Shown: positions 38,250-50,085 of the stretch, piece after piece | Layout of the letters: the number at the start of each line of letters is the position of its first letter | Position numbering within the stretch: position 1 is the stretch's first letter | Assembly (NCBI RefSeq): GCF_006345805.1 | Contig: NC_043003.1 | Coordinates: forward strand, 8,246,001-8,310,000 | Length of the DNA stretch: 64,000 nucleotides | Source: Octopus sinensis | Lineage: Eukaryota | Direction: 5' to 3' | Made by a program: the position numbers and the translations under genes | The notes under the pieces: generated by a model | Databases searched by the model: none | What the model saw: only the letters and a program-made list of their open reading frames with translations | What the model was told of the DNA's origin: nothing

Positions 38250-39250
38250 TTGGGTTGGCAACTAAGTTCCTGCCGTTTTTTTTAGATTTTGGAATGCATT
38301 GCGTTTTTAAATTTTGAAATCTGTTTTTTTTTCGAGAATTCTATTTTTGAATCATTTTGGAATGTATTTTGTTTCTTCTTTTTCTTGTTAATTTTATTTA
38401 ATTTTTGCTTATTTTCAGATCATTAAAATGGAATGTCAAGTTAAGAAAAACGAGCATTTTCGACACATTATTTTTGCTTTTAATCACGGTTCTAAGGCCG
38501 CAAAAGCTGCTCGAGACATTTGTGCTGTGTATGAGGAAGGTGTCATAGCGAAAAGAACCGCTCGTGATTGGTATGCCAAGTTCAAATATGGAATTTTGGA
38601 CCTCAAAGACGCACCTAGTTCTGGCCGTCCAGTTGATTTCGATGAAGAGCGATTAAACCAACTTTTGCACGAAAATTCTCATCAAACGACAAGGGAACTG
38701 CCAGAGGAAATTGCATGCTCTCACGCTGCTATAGGGAAGCACACGGTGTTGTGCGTATGGTGGGACTGGGAAGGGATTACTCATTACGAATGGCTTCAAC
38801 GGAACCAAATGGTCAACGCGGAACTCTATATTCAACTGATGGAATGACTCAAGAGAAAAGACCTAATCGGCAGCATGGAGTTCTTTAATTGCACGACAAC
38901 GCACGCCCTCATATCGCCAATATGACCAAGGAAGGCATTCAAACACATGGCTGGGAAGTGCTGCCACACCCGCCGTACTATCCTCATTTGGCACCAACAG
39001 ATTTCCACCTCTTTCGATCACTTTCAAATTCTAAACGCGGAGTTTGATTCAATACTGATGCAGAAATGAGAGCTTGGTTGGATCAATTTTTCGAGTCGAA
39101 ATCGGGTGATTTCTACCAACGTTGAACGTTGGGAAGAAGTTGTAAACAACAAGGGTAAAGACATTATTGATTAATTAGTTGTTACTTCTTATTAAACCTT
39201 CTAAAAAATTTTAATAAAAAAAAAACGGCGGGAACCTAGTTGCCAACTCA

Positions 39251-39251
<1 letters not shown>
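38250..39251 (+). mobile_element. mariner transposon (mellifera-type TIR), internally deleted
   Basis: TIRs TTGGGTTGGCAACTAAGTTCCTGCCGTTTTT / AAAAACGGCGGGAACCTAGTTGCCAACTCAA, TA flanks. Confidence 0.95.
38428..39174 (+). pseudogene. mariner transposase pseudogene
   Basis: HTH N-terminus (SKAAKAARDICAVY..WYAKFK..SGRP) fused in frame to VLCVWWDWEG; later LHDNARPH..HPPYYPHLAPTDFHLF..; stops present. Confidence 0.93.
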
Positions 39252-39316
<65 letters not shown>

Positions 39317-39564
39317 TATATATCATTAATTAATCAATATCAGGGTAGCAAAAAATTCAAGAGAAATTTTTTCGCCACCAGTTTATATATATATAAACTG
39401 AGTGGTACTCGAACCGGTGTGTGTGTGAGTTAATGAGTCGTAAAGACAAAATGTCTCTTCCAAGACACAACAAAATATGCTTCAACACACGAATTCACAT
39501 AAAAAATCTTACAAACCAAATCCAAAAGCGAGGTATTTTTATTCAATTATCCGAGTATATATTC

Positions 39565-39774
39565 TTTAATTCTTTTCCTTGTTTCAGTCATTTGACTTTG
39601 CACAGCCTGAAGGATTTTAGTCGAAGAAATTGATCCCAGGACTTATTCTTTGTAAGCCTAGTACTTATTCTATCGTTCTGTTTTGCCGAATTGATACGTT
39701 ACGGAGACTTAAACACACCAAGATCGGTTATCAAGCGGTGGCGTGGGGACAAACACAGACATACATATAAATGT

Positions 39775-39847
<73 letters not shown>

Positions 39848-40000
39848 TACGACGGGCTTCTTTCAGTTTCCGTCTACCAAATCCAATCAAAAGGCTTTGG
39901 TTGGCCCGAAGCTGTACAGCAAGACGCTTGCACAAGGTACCACACAGTGGAACTGAACCCGGAAACATGCGGTTGGGAAGTAAGGTTGCAAACACATAAG
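39565..40000 (-). mobile_element. SINE family B with internal (TA)n
   Basis: Homology. Confidence 0.88.
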
Positions 40001-40449
40001 ACCACACAGAGAAGCACATGTTTTTTTCCCTTTCATAATGGCGATATACATCCTAATACTTTGTTGAAGCTAATTGTTTTTCAACAGGGACATAACATTT
40101 ACGATATCAGTATATGACGTTTCGTTACAGATTCTTCTGTAGTTGACTATCAAATAATTTGTTAATGGTCAACCGGACTTTTGTTTTATTATTGTTAATA
40201 CATTTGATATATTTCATGTCCTGTTTTCTTTCTCATACGATATCAACCCGGATTTTATAAGACCTAAAAGGTGTTTTCTGATTGGTTGCAGAGCTTATAA
40301 TGTCACAGTTCTCTTAAACATACATGTTTAGAACAAACACTGCCAACAATAACAACGCCTACGAGATAAAGGTATCCTCATATGAAGCGGTAACAAAGTG
40401 ACAACAACAATTGAAGAACAAAACAATAACAATAATAACATTTCTAATA

Positions 40450-40690
40450 ATATTTTTTTTATTTGTCAGAGGGGCATAGAGGAGGGGACATTACAAGGAT
40501 GATCGACAATTTGTTTGGTGAGGAAACAGATGAGGGGAAAGTAGAGAAAAGATAGTGAAATGGGATAAGAACTATACATAGTGTTCAAAGTGTGTGAATT
40601 CTTGATGCAGACCCCATGGTGCAAGGGAAGCTCCAATAAGGCCATTGAAGGGAACACGCAGATTCAAGATTTCTGATCACTAAAAACATG
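40450..40690 (-). mobile_element. LINE-like 3' UTR fragment
   Basis: Minus strand ends CCTTGTAATGTCCCCTCC..CCCCTCTGACAAATAAAAAAAA, resembling the terminus of 32969-33481. Confidence 0.45.
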
Positions 40691-40846
40691 CGCACTAGAC
40701 CATACGATAGGCACGAGGCCTGGAGTTTTATAGGTTGGAGCATCGCCGTGAAAGGTAACGATGGCTTCAGAAAAAAATAAACTCAGAACGCGAAGCTAAA
40801 GGAAATGCCGCTAAGTATTTTGTACGGTGTGCTAACGTCTCTGCTA

Positions 40847-40885
<39 letters not shown>

Positions 40886-40906
40886 TGCTCGCTCACTTAC
40901 AACTAT

Positions 40907-40939
<33 letters not shown>

Positions 40940-41074
40940 AACTGCAACTACTACTACTACTGATATTAATAATAATAATAATAATAATAATGATAATAAT
41001 AATAATAATGATAATAAATGCATATATACATATATACAAATAATAATAACAATAATAATAATAATAATAATAAT

Positions 41075-41449
41075 GGCGCAGGAGTGGCTGTGTGGTAAGT
41101 AGCTTGCTAACCAACCACACGGTTGCGGGTTCAGTCCCACTGCGTGGCATCTTGGGCAAGTGTCTTCTGCTATAGCCCCGGGCCGACCAATGCCTTGTGA
41201 GTGGATTTGGTAGACGGAAACTGAAAGAAGCCTGTCGTATATATGTATATATATGTATATGTGTGTGTGTTTGTGTGTCTGTGTTTGTCCCCCTAGCATT
41301 GCTTGACAACCGATGCTGGTATGTTTAGGTCCCCGTCACTTAGCGGTTCGGCAAAAAGAGACCGATAGTATAAGTACTAAAAGGTGGTGCTCCAGCATGG
41401 CCGCAGTCAAATGACTGAAACAAGTAAAAGAGTAAAAGAGTAAAAGAGT
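41075..41449 (+). mobile_element. SINE family B, full length
   Basis: Head GGCGCAGGAGTGGCTGTGTGGTAAG, B-box-like GGTTCAGTCCC, (AGTAAAAG)n tail. Confidence 0.95.
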
Positions 41450-41465
41450 AATATGCTCGCTCACT

Positions 41466-41496
<31 letters not shown>

Positions 41497-41523
41497 ACTG
41501 CAACTACTACTACTACTACTGAT

Positions 41524-41583
<60 letters not shown>

Positions 41584-41584
<1 letters not shown>

Positions 41585-42138
41585 GCCCTGATGCAGTACC
41601 AGGCAGTGGCTCTCATGGCTTCTGATCTTAACTGATTGGAAGTGTTATCATGTACATTGTTTTGTCTTGGTATAAAAGATGGGCTACAGCAAATATTCTG
41701 CTCAATACCACAGATTTGCTTGTCAGTTGTTTGACCTTAACCAGTTGAGCATGTCCCTTAGTGGCTGACGATATGTGCATCTCTGATCACGAGCAGAAGT
41801 AGTGGGGGAGCATCATAGCCATGTGTTGAGAGGGATTCTTTTTGGGGTTTGAATAGTTCACCTCTGGAAGCATGGGTGGTTCTTTCAACATCCTTAAACA
41901 ACCCTTATTCAGGGACCGTTTGAGCGGATGGGCTACTCAACCTGAAGAAAATTCTAACTGGGCCCCACCTGCAAGGTCATGTGCTGTTTATCTTGATATG
42001 AGATCATCATGTCGCGCACATATGGTTGTGATGCATGTGCCTGGTGTACCTGTATCAGACGGGTAGTCATGATGGGTATATTGGGCTTCGTATATTTTAC
42101 CCCAGTGTCACTTTGATGGATGAACTGCTCTCTCACTC
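41584..42138 (+). mobile_element. ~555-bp non-coding element inserted in (TAA)n
   Basis: (TAA)n on both sides; a diverged 3'-end copy at 42232-42356 and a decayed 5'-part copy at about 43168-43335; no tRNA head or ORF. Confidence 0.7.
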
Positions 42139-42364
42139 AATAATAATAATAATGATAATAAATGCATATATACATATATACAAATAATAATAATAATAAT
42201 AATAATGTCGTTAAGGATGTATCTGAACCCCCGTGCAGAATGGTTGTGATGCATGTGCCTAGACCCTTATCGGGCGGCTAGTCATGAAGGGTGTCCTGCG
42301 CTTCGTAGATTTTTATCCCAGTGTCACTTTGATGGCATGCACTGCTCTCTCATTCAATAATAAT

Positions 42365-42612
42365 ATGTTTTCCCATACCACTTCCCAGATCATACCTCAA
42401 CTTTGTCTTCTGTAGTATTTCAAACAAGGGGATCATTCCCAGCTCAAAGGGCAGTGGGGATGCACTGTTCTCCTGGAAAATTCCTCTCTTGATTTTCACC
42501 TCTCCTAATACATGATTCCCTGCTGTCAATTCAATTCTCCAGCATTTCATACTGTTCCATATAAAGCTTTTCATGTTTTCTACTACCCCATACATTTCCA
42601 TAGTTCTTGTTA
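42365..42612 (-). mobile_element. R4/Dong-clade reverse transcriptase fragment
   Basis: WITRTMEMYGV..VKIKRGIFQENSASPLPFELGMIPL resembles the RT motif I.RGIFQGDSLSPLLF. Confidence 0.8.
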
Positions 42613-42621
42613 TCCAATAAT

Positions 42622-42890
42622 AATAATGGTAAAGATAGCGGCAGTTATTCTTGGGTCTTTGGGAAGAGTCTGAGAAGGCGTCTTGAATAATATAAAGAAA
42701 ATCGGAATGGGGTACCCAGTAGAACTGTTACAAAAGGTTTGCCTCCTTGGCCAGGCCAGAATAATCAGGAAACTGTTAGATGAAAACAAAAAGATAGCAA
42801 GGTACCGTAGGCTGCTGGTAACAATCCCGCTATGCATGCAAGACTCCTGGAATTACAGTAAAACCTGAGATAAAAAGAATATAAAAAATA
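42622..42890 (+). mobile_element. R4/Dong-clade 3' end (RLE C-terminus plus UTR)
   Basis: VKIAAVILGSLG...LLQKVCLLGQARIIRKLL parallels VGALG...IQKIALLGTAHILRRTL at 55.0-55.3 kb. Confidence 0.72.
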
Positions 42891-42957
42891 ATGATGATTT
42901 TGATGATGATGGCGATGATGGTGATGAGGAGGAGGAGGAGAATGATGATAGTGGTGG

Positions 42958-43012
<55 letters not shown>

Positions 43013-43062
43013 GGTGATGATGATGATGGTGGTGGTTGTGGTGATGATGATGATGATGATGT

Positions 43063-43104
<42 letters not shown>

Positions 43105-43168
43105 CGACGACGACGACGGCGACGACGACGGCGACGACGACGACAGCGACGACGACGACGACGACGAC
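42886..43168 (+). repeat. Compound (GAT)/(GAG)/(GGT)/(GAC) trinucleotide array
   Basis: Direct reading. Confidence 0.95.
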
Positions 43169-43822
43169 TGGAAGTGTAAACATGTTTATGTTTTATCTTG
43201 ATGGGCGACAGCAAATATCCTGCTCAGTGCTGAAGAGCATGTCCCTTAGTTGGTGACGATAGGTGCATCTCTGATCACCAGCGGGATTCGTAGTGGGTGG
43301 AATCATTGACATAGGTCTGAATTATTCATCACTGGAAAATATCTCGCATTGTTAATGATACGTAGGCGTGCACTGAAGCTGTGACAGCTGAAGGTTCCTG
43401 TATAACGAGTGGAACTTTTGTTATTAATGACACAGCTTCTCAAACCTGGCTTCTTCAAAGGGACCTCTCGTCTTGGGTTAAGCGAGGACCCAGACAGGAT
43501 GACTGGCATATATCTGAAATGCTGTGAGGGGCTCGCAGTTATCTACCCGTCGGTCAGTCCGATCGGTAGCGTAGCAACCGTTGCATTATATACACGAGGC
43601 TCTGACAAAAATGGTTGAAGGGAGAAAATTGATAAAAAGTTAAGAAAGGAGTGCTGCCTATAAGAATTTTACTGTCCAGCAGGCTAAAGTGTCAAGAATG
43701 GTCAGTGTGGGTGGCCCTTCTCCAAACATGGCCCTATGAAACAAAGAATACTGTTTGACAAGATGAATTTGGTCTTGTGTCGTCAGTGTAATCCTGGATA
43801 AAATCAATATAAAATATTGTAA

Positions 43823-44040
43823 AGGCGGCGAGCTGGCAGAAAAGTTAGCACGCCGGGCGAAATGCTGAGAGATATTTCGTCTGTCTTTACGTTCTGAGTT
43901 CAAATTCCGCCGAGGTCGACTTTGCCTTTCATCCTTTCGGGATCGATAAATTAAGTACCCGTTGTGTACTGGGGTCGCTCTAATCGACTGGCACCCTCCC
44001 CCCAAAAGAAATTTCGGGCTTTGTGCCTACAGCAGAAAAG
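43823..44040 (+). mobile_element. SINE family A (short tail) with 12-bp TSD
   Basis: AATATAAAATAT on both sides. Confidence 0.93.
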
Positions 44041-44139
44041 AATATAAAATATGTGTGTGTATGTAAGTGCTTATTTGTATATGTATGCTCGAGAGATCGA
44101 TTTCTGACGGTACGTTATTAAAACCCACATTAAGAGTAC

Positions 44140-44245
44140 GCATATCTGTGGAGTACTCAGGCACTTGCACGTTAATTTCAAGAAAAGTCTGTTCCTTTGG
44201 TCGGAATATTTGATACCCTCATCGTCGTAACCGACGGAGTGGCAG
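44140..44245 (+). mobile_element. SINE family E 3' fragment
   Basis: CACTTGCACGTTAATTTCA..CGTCGTAACCGACGGA. Confidence 0.7.
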
Positions 44246-44636
44246 TTGTTGTTATGTATATATGAATGTACATGTGGATGGATGTCGATGGACTCGGGTG
44301 TTTGTGCCTAGAAGTATTAGTACAATAGCTTTCTAGTAATTACATTTTAAGAATCATTCTGTTTATTTAGTTGGATATTTAAAGACATCAACCAGTGTCA
44401 CGTGGCCAAACTAATACAAACCATTTATTACAAGACACGCTCTTGCTTATTTATTTCAATCTGAAGATTATTTCTCATTCACCTGTTCGACATTACGTAT
44501 GATATCTAATATCTGGTTTGCGTTAAATATTCAGATGAATTTATTTTTAATAATATTTTTAATTCACGGAGAACGCACACATATCAACATAATCATATAT
44601 ATATTTATATATTTATATATATTTATATATACATAC

Positions 44637-44669
<33 letters not shown>

Positions 44670-44671
<2 letters not shown>

Positions 44672-44882
44672 TGAAGTACACATGCTTTGAATGACAAATA
44701 ATCTGAAAATTGAAGTTAATGACGGTTGGTTAATATATGTATATATATATATATATGTATATATAATATATATATATATAATATATATATACATACACAT
44801 ACATATATATATATATATATATAATATATATATATATACATATGTATATATAATATATATTATATATATATATATATATAAT

Positions 44883-44955
<73 letters not shown>

Positions 44956-45030
44956 ATATATATATAAGCCAACGGTCATTGACTTTAATTTTCAGATTAT
45001 TTATCATTCAAAGAATTTGTACTTCACTGT
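44670..45030. repeat. ~60-bp inverted arms enclosing a ~235-bp (TA)n
   Basis: CTTTGAATGACAAATAATCTGAAAATTGAAGTTAATGACGGTTGG versus its diverged reverse complement at 44968-45030. Confidence 0.85.
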
Positions 45031-45773
45031 TATTTTTATTGTTTTTCTTTGTGAATGTTTAAGCAAAATTATTCGTTCCCAGAAAGCAAGATTTTATAGT
45101 TAATTGGTTTTAAAAGGAAACGACTAAAAAATCATGTATGATAGATTTGACTGTCATTCTTAATTAATATTAAAGAACAAATTACAGAACAGTGAATTCA
45201 ATACCCAGAGTAAATTGTGTGTTTCTTGCGGACATCAAGCAGATCTTGCTTAAATAAATTAAGAGAGCTAGTTTTCGAAAATCTTTCTCTGTTTCCTAAC
45301 GAGCTACAGTCATTATTGTGCAAGTATTTTTATTACAATTATTTGAGCTAGGCAGAACATAACTTCCGTCTAACTGTCTTCCACAAAGAGTTATTTACGT
45401 ATTAAGGAGCCGCTAAATCTGTCTGGAATCCAGCGCCTTCGAAACGATACAGAAGACATTTGAAAATATAATCTGACATAAGGTACATATAAAAATAAGG
45501 AACGAATACGGCTAGAATAGGTTAATCATTAATTTACTAAACTAGGGCTGACCTAGGTCAAGCCACACCAAAATTCACAGTTGAGTAGTAAAACTGCAAT
45601 TTAAATAAATACATACTTTATGCTTTGAAAACGTATGTGATCAGCGAGTCTTTTTCTTCTATTTTATCTTTAATTTTATAGTAAAATAATTATGTGTAGT
45701 AGAAATCTCATGGTCTTTTAGATGATCTGTTTTGATCGATTTTACTTCAATACAATAACGTTAGAATTATATA

Positions 45774-46175
45774 GGCGCAGGAGTGGCTGTGTGGTAAGTA
45801 GCTTGCTTACCAACCACATGGTTCCGGGTTCAGTCTCACTGCGTGGCACCTTGGGCAAGTGTCTTCTACTATAGCCTCGGGCCGACCAAAGCCTTTTGAG
45901 TGGATTTGGTAGATGGAAACTGAAAGAAGCCCGTCGTATATATGTATATATATATATGCGTGTGTCTGTGTTTGTCCCCTCAACATTGCTTGACAACCGA
46001 TGCTGGTGTGTTTATGTCCCCGTTACTTAGTGGTTCGGCAAAAGAGACCGATAGAATAAGTACTGGGCTTACAAAAGAATAAGTCCCGGGGTCGAGTTGC
46101 TCGACTAAAGGCGGTGCTCCAGCATGGCCGCAGTCAAATGACTGAAACAAGTAAAAGAGTAAAGAGTAAAGAGTA
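45774..46175 (+). mobile_element. SINE family B, full length
   Basis: Complete head, body and tail. Confidence 0.95.
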
Positions 46176-46481
46176 TATCAGTGAAATTATACGGCCGCTG
46201 TTAATTTTGTCAGTGTGACTTCTTAGATGCGAGCTCTTTGTTTAGGATAAATATTATAGATGAATATTTGGATTATATAAACTTGCTGATCGATTAATTT
46301 CGTATTATTGCATGGACTTAATTTTTAATTCCAAGAACTTGCTAACAGAAAAAAAATCTTTTATAATTTTAACGAAGTATTTTGTTTCTCTTTACAGAAA
46401 AAACTTGCACCTACAAAGACTTAAGGCTTACTTACGCTTCTTTGTGTAAGTAAGCTGTTATATTCTAATTTCTATAATATA

Positions 46482-46925
46482 GCGTCGCCGTGAGCGGTAC
46501 ATCATTTGTATGATGTGGAGAATATACCGCCAACTTTGCCCAAACGACCTTAACATTAGCTTCAAGGTTCATCCAAGACTGGGACCACGGGCCATACGTC
46601 CCCTGCCCAATTCAAGATCACAACATATATGTACACTGCAACATAATTTCTTTTCCTCACCAGGCCCTGCCCTATTTAACATTGTCCCGAGGGAGATCAA
46701 AGAGGAAAAGGATCCCATCAACTTTAAACGGAGTCTGGATAGATTCCAACAAAGAATACCAGACAAGCCACCCATAATTGGATACAACTCACCCAACAAG
46801 AACTCACTACTTGAACAAAACTTGACTTAAACAGGATTCGAATAATCCTATCAGGTGGTGCTATTAAGTTAGACATGGCCTGGACCAATCTTTGGTCGAA
46901 ACATATCTAAGTTATCTAAGTTATC
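46482..46925 (+). mobile_element. CR1/L2-group LINE 3' end
   Basis: RRERYIICMMWRI...FFSSPGPALFNIVP..FKRSLDRF..IPDKP..GYNSPNKNSL, followed by a 3' UTR stem-loop and a (TATCTAAGT)n tail. Confidence 0.8.
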
Positions 46926-47124
46926 TTACTCAGGGACACACAATACATACGCACGTACATCTGCCCACACTAAATAAACAAGTGTTCACAGAACAGGAAA
47001 ATGGTTTTGGAATAGGCGCACTTCTATCTAATGTACTCTTCCTTATACATATCTGCTTACATTCACATTTCTTAGAACATTCTTAGAAAAATTTTAGTCT
47101 CGCAGACTTGACTGTATGGATCAC

Positions 47125-47440
47125 TCCGTCGGTTACGACGACGAGAGTCCCAGCTGATACGGTCAACGGAAAGGCTTGATCGTGAAATTAATGTGCAAGT
47201 GGCTGAGTACTCCACAGATACATGTACCCTTAACGTAGTCCTGGGGAGGATTCAGCGTGACACAGAGTGTGACAAAGCCGGCCCTTTGAAATACAGGTAC
47301 TACTCATTTTTGCCTGCTGAGTGGACTGGAGGAACGTGAAATAAAGTGTCTTGCTCAAGGACACAACGCGTTGCCCAAAATTGAACTCACGACCTTACAA
47401 TCGTGAGCGGAATGTCCTAACCACTAAGTCACGTGCCTTC
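47125..47440 (-). mobile_element. tRNA-headed SINE family E (CORE-like)
   Basis: Head GACTTAGTGGTTAGG..GAGTTCAATT, then CCTTGAGCAAGACACTTTATTTCACG..CCAGTCCACTCAGC. Confidence 0.88.
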
Positions 47441-48611
47441 ACACTTGACCGTACAGTCAAGACACCTCATAACAACGTCAGTTCTGCTTTGATTCCACTA
47501 TGTTGCACGTCGATCAAGAATCTGGTAAACAGCTTCAGATAGACGCGTATTTTATGATGGAAATTGGGCGGACGCTAACACTTTGTAATGCATTTTGTTG
47601 CATATTTGATATGCCATCGGGTTTAGTAGCATCAACTGATCAGGACATTTCCTTAAAGAGACACAATATGTTGCAGCATTCGTGGCAGGTCTTGAAATCC
47701 CCACATATTTAGCTCGGAGCGCGATTTCGGCAAAACAATCCTGAAATTCTACAACCGGATTTAGCAAAATTTTCACACGCACGCTCCCTCGTTTAAGAAG
47801 CAATCCGATAAATGCCATAACCATGAAGCAGAAGTATCTAATGACTGGAGTATTTACTGGAATAATGACAGGTATATTAGTAAATTATCGATACATTTAT
47901 GCATTTATGCATTTTTTTTCATCTTTCTTAATATTTATCACATTCGCCATACCAAATATACATTCTACATTGCGCCGCTTAACACAACCTTCCGTTTATA
48001 AACATAATATTTATAAAGTGATATTTATGAACACTACTTCGCATCCGCTCTAATTTATCTTGTCAGATTTAAGCGACTCTTTCCCTAACTTATCACACAC
48101 ATTCACTATATCACCACACTATATTTCACTACATCGAACAGTCTAACAGGACCTTTCCTTTATGTATTTAAGCATTTATTTAGTTAGTTTTATCCTTTCT
48201 TAAACAAGACAAATCTCCTTGTAATTCTTCTGTTATCCAGTGACATTTTCTATTACTCTATTCCTTTATATAATTTTTTAAAACAAAGCAAATGTCTAAA
48301 TAATTTACGTAAAGCTCAGTTATTATCCAGTGACATTTCCTCACTACAACTACGCACACTCACACCAATTACTCTTAGCAGGACTCCTACTGCTGCTGCA
48401 TATGATGCATCATATCTGCTGCTTTTGATAATATCCGTCTTTACCAGTAACAAGTATAAATACAGAAATACATCAATGATTTTTCTGTCACATCACACTA
48501 GAAATGTCAGCCGATACTCCATACCCATAAGCTCTCCTCTATATTATATTTGATAAAAGGAAGACTTCCAGAAATGCAATAGTTGTAGAAATTAATAAAA
48601 GTTTGTCTAAT

Positions 48612-49010
48612 AGGCGCAGGAGTGGCTGTGTGGTAAGTAGCTTGCTAACCAACCACATGGTTCCTGGTTCAGTCCCACTGCGTGACATCTTGGGCAAGTG
48701 TCCTCTACTATAGCCCCGGGCCGACCAATGCCTTTTGAGTGGATTTGGTAGACGGAAACTGAAAGAAGCCTGTCGTATATATGTATATATGTGTGTTTGT
48801 GTGTGTGTGTGTGTGTTTGTCCCCCTAGCAGTGTGTGTGTTTACGTCCCCGTCACTTAGCGGTTCGGCAAAAGAGACCGATAGAATAAGTACTGGGCTTA
48901 CAAAAGAATAAGTCCCGGGGTCGATTTGCTCGACTAAAGGCGGTGCTCCAGCATGGCCGCAGTCAAATGACTGATAAAAGTAAAAGAGTAAAAGAGTAAG
49001 AGTAAAGAGT
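48612..49010 (+). mobile_element. SINE family B, full length
   Basis: Complete head, body and tail. Confidence 0.95.
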
Positions 49011-49164
49011 AATACAATGTTTTAGTTCTTTCTTAATGTATTAGCATCATCTTATATATTTTGATTACCTTCTCCTCTGCTTAAATATCTTAATAATATC
49101 TATGCCACTTCCAGACTGTAATACTTCGAACGAAGAACAGTGGGCTTTCATATAATTATGTGCG

Positions 49165-49400
49165 TGTGAAGGCGCGTGACTCAATACATCGAGTGATAAA
49201 CTCACGATCGCTAGATTGTGGGTTTGACGCACAAACCTCGTGGCGTGTTGTGTTCTTCAGCAAAACACTTCAATTCGCGCTGCTACAGTTCGTTCAGCTG
49301 TAAATGGGTAACCCTGCGACGAACACTAGTCCCCCGATCAGGGGAAATGTTAGCCTGCTCGTCTCACGGCAACTTTCAAAAGCTAAAACGACACAAAGGA
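49165..49400 (+). mobile_element. Degenerate CORE-like SINE
   Basis: TGTTCTTCAGCAAAACACTTC..CAGCTGTAAATGGGT. Confidence 0.55.
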
Positions 49401-49464
49401 TTTTGTGACCAGCGATGTATATCAACATTGGGTAGTCTGATTGATAACGTTCCATGTTGATTCG

Positions 49465-49645
49465 CTAGCTTCTGCACGAATTTTTTTCTCTCCGTGTTTC
49501 TTTTCTGTGTATCTTTCTGTTGAAGAGCGTAGGCTCGAAACGTAAAAGACTAGTTCTATTTCTATTCCTGAGCGCCATACTAATACAATTGTTTGTTTAT
49601 ATTCCACCTGCCTTCGTCTTTTGTTTATTTTCATAAAGCTTCCCG
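49465..49645 (+). mobile_element. Minimal-HHR repeat family (A6U core), copy 4 (best preserved)
   Basis: 49512-49549: UCUUU-CUGUUGA-A-GAGC GUAG GCUC-GAAACGUA-AAAGA. Confidence 0.78.
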
Positions 49646-49656
49646 TTATATATATA

Positions 49657-49902
49657 TAAATGAGGATAAGGTCATTAATTTAAAAATAAAACAACGATTT
49701 TATCAAGTAGTCAGCATCGAAAAAATAACCTTCAAAGGTAATAATTATTAAAATTATAAATTAGGGTATCTATGAGATACCACCATGCTGAAAATAGCAG
49801 CCCTGATCTGACTCTAAAAGCAGAATCAGTTTTAGAGTCAGATCATGGCTGCTATTTTCAGCATGGTGGTGGTATCTCGTAGATACACTAATTTATAATT
49901 TT
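49657..49902 (-). repeat. Leader plus 153-bp fold-back (49750-49902) between (TA)n tracts
   Basis: AAAATTATAAATTAG..CTCTAAAA / TTTTAGAG..CTAATTTATAATTTT; contains the GCTG.TATTTTCAGCATGGTGG motif. Confidence 0.85.
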
Positions 49903-49927
49903 AGTATATATATATATATATACATAG

Positions 49928-50085
49928 TTGGAATTTACAAAAAAAAAACAAAACAAAGCAAAAGACGAAGACGGGTGTGTAAACAACAAACAGACGTATC
50001 AGTTTAACGCTCGGAAAGTGAGAAAGATTTTTATGTTTCGAGCCTACGCTCTTCAACAGAAAGGAACACAGAAATAAGCAGAGGT
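49928..50085 (-). mobile_element. Minimal-HHR repeat family (A6U core), copy 5
   Basis: Motif at 50027-50064. Confidence 0.72.

Noticed and set aside
39426-39457. Minimal HHR-like UUAAUGA-GUC..GAC-AAAAUGUC
   Set aside because: Three core positions are mutated; at most a fossil
46870-46905. CUG-GACCA..UGGUC-GAAAC as a hammerhead
   Set aside because: It lacks the ANGA core; more likely the LINE 3' UTR stem-loop
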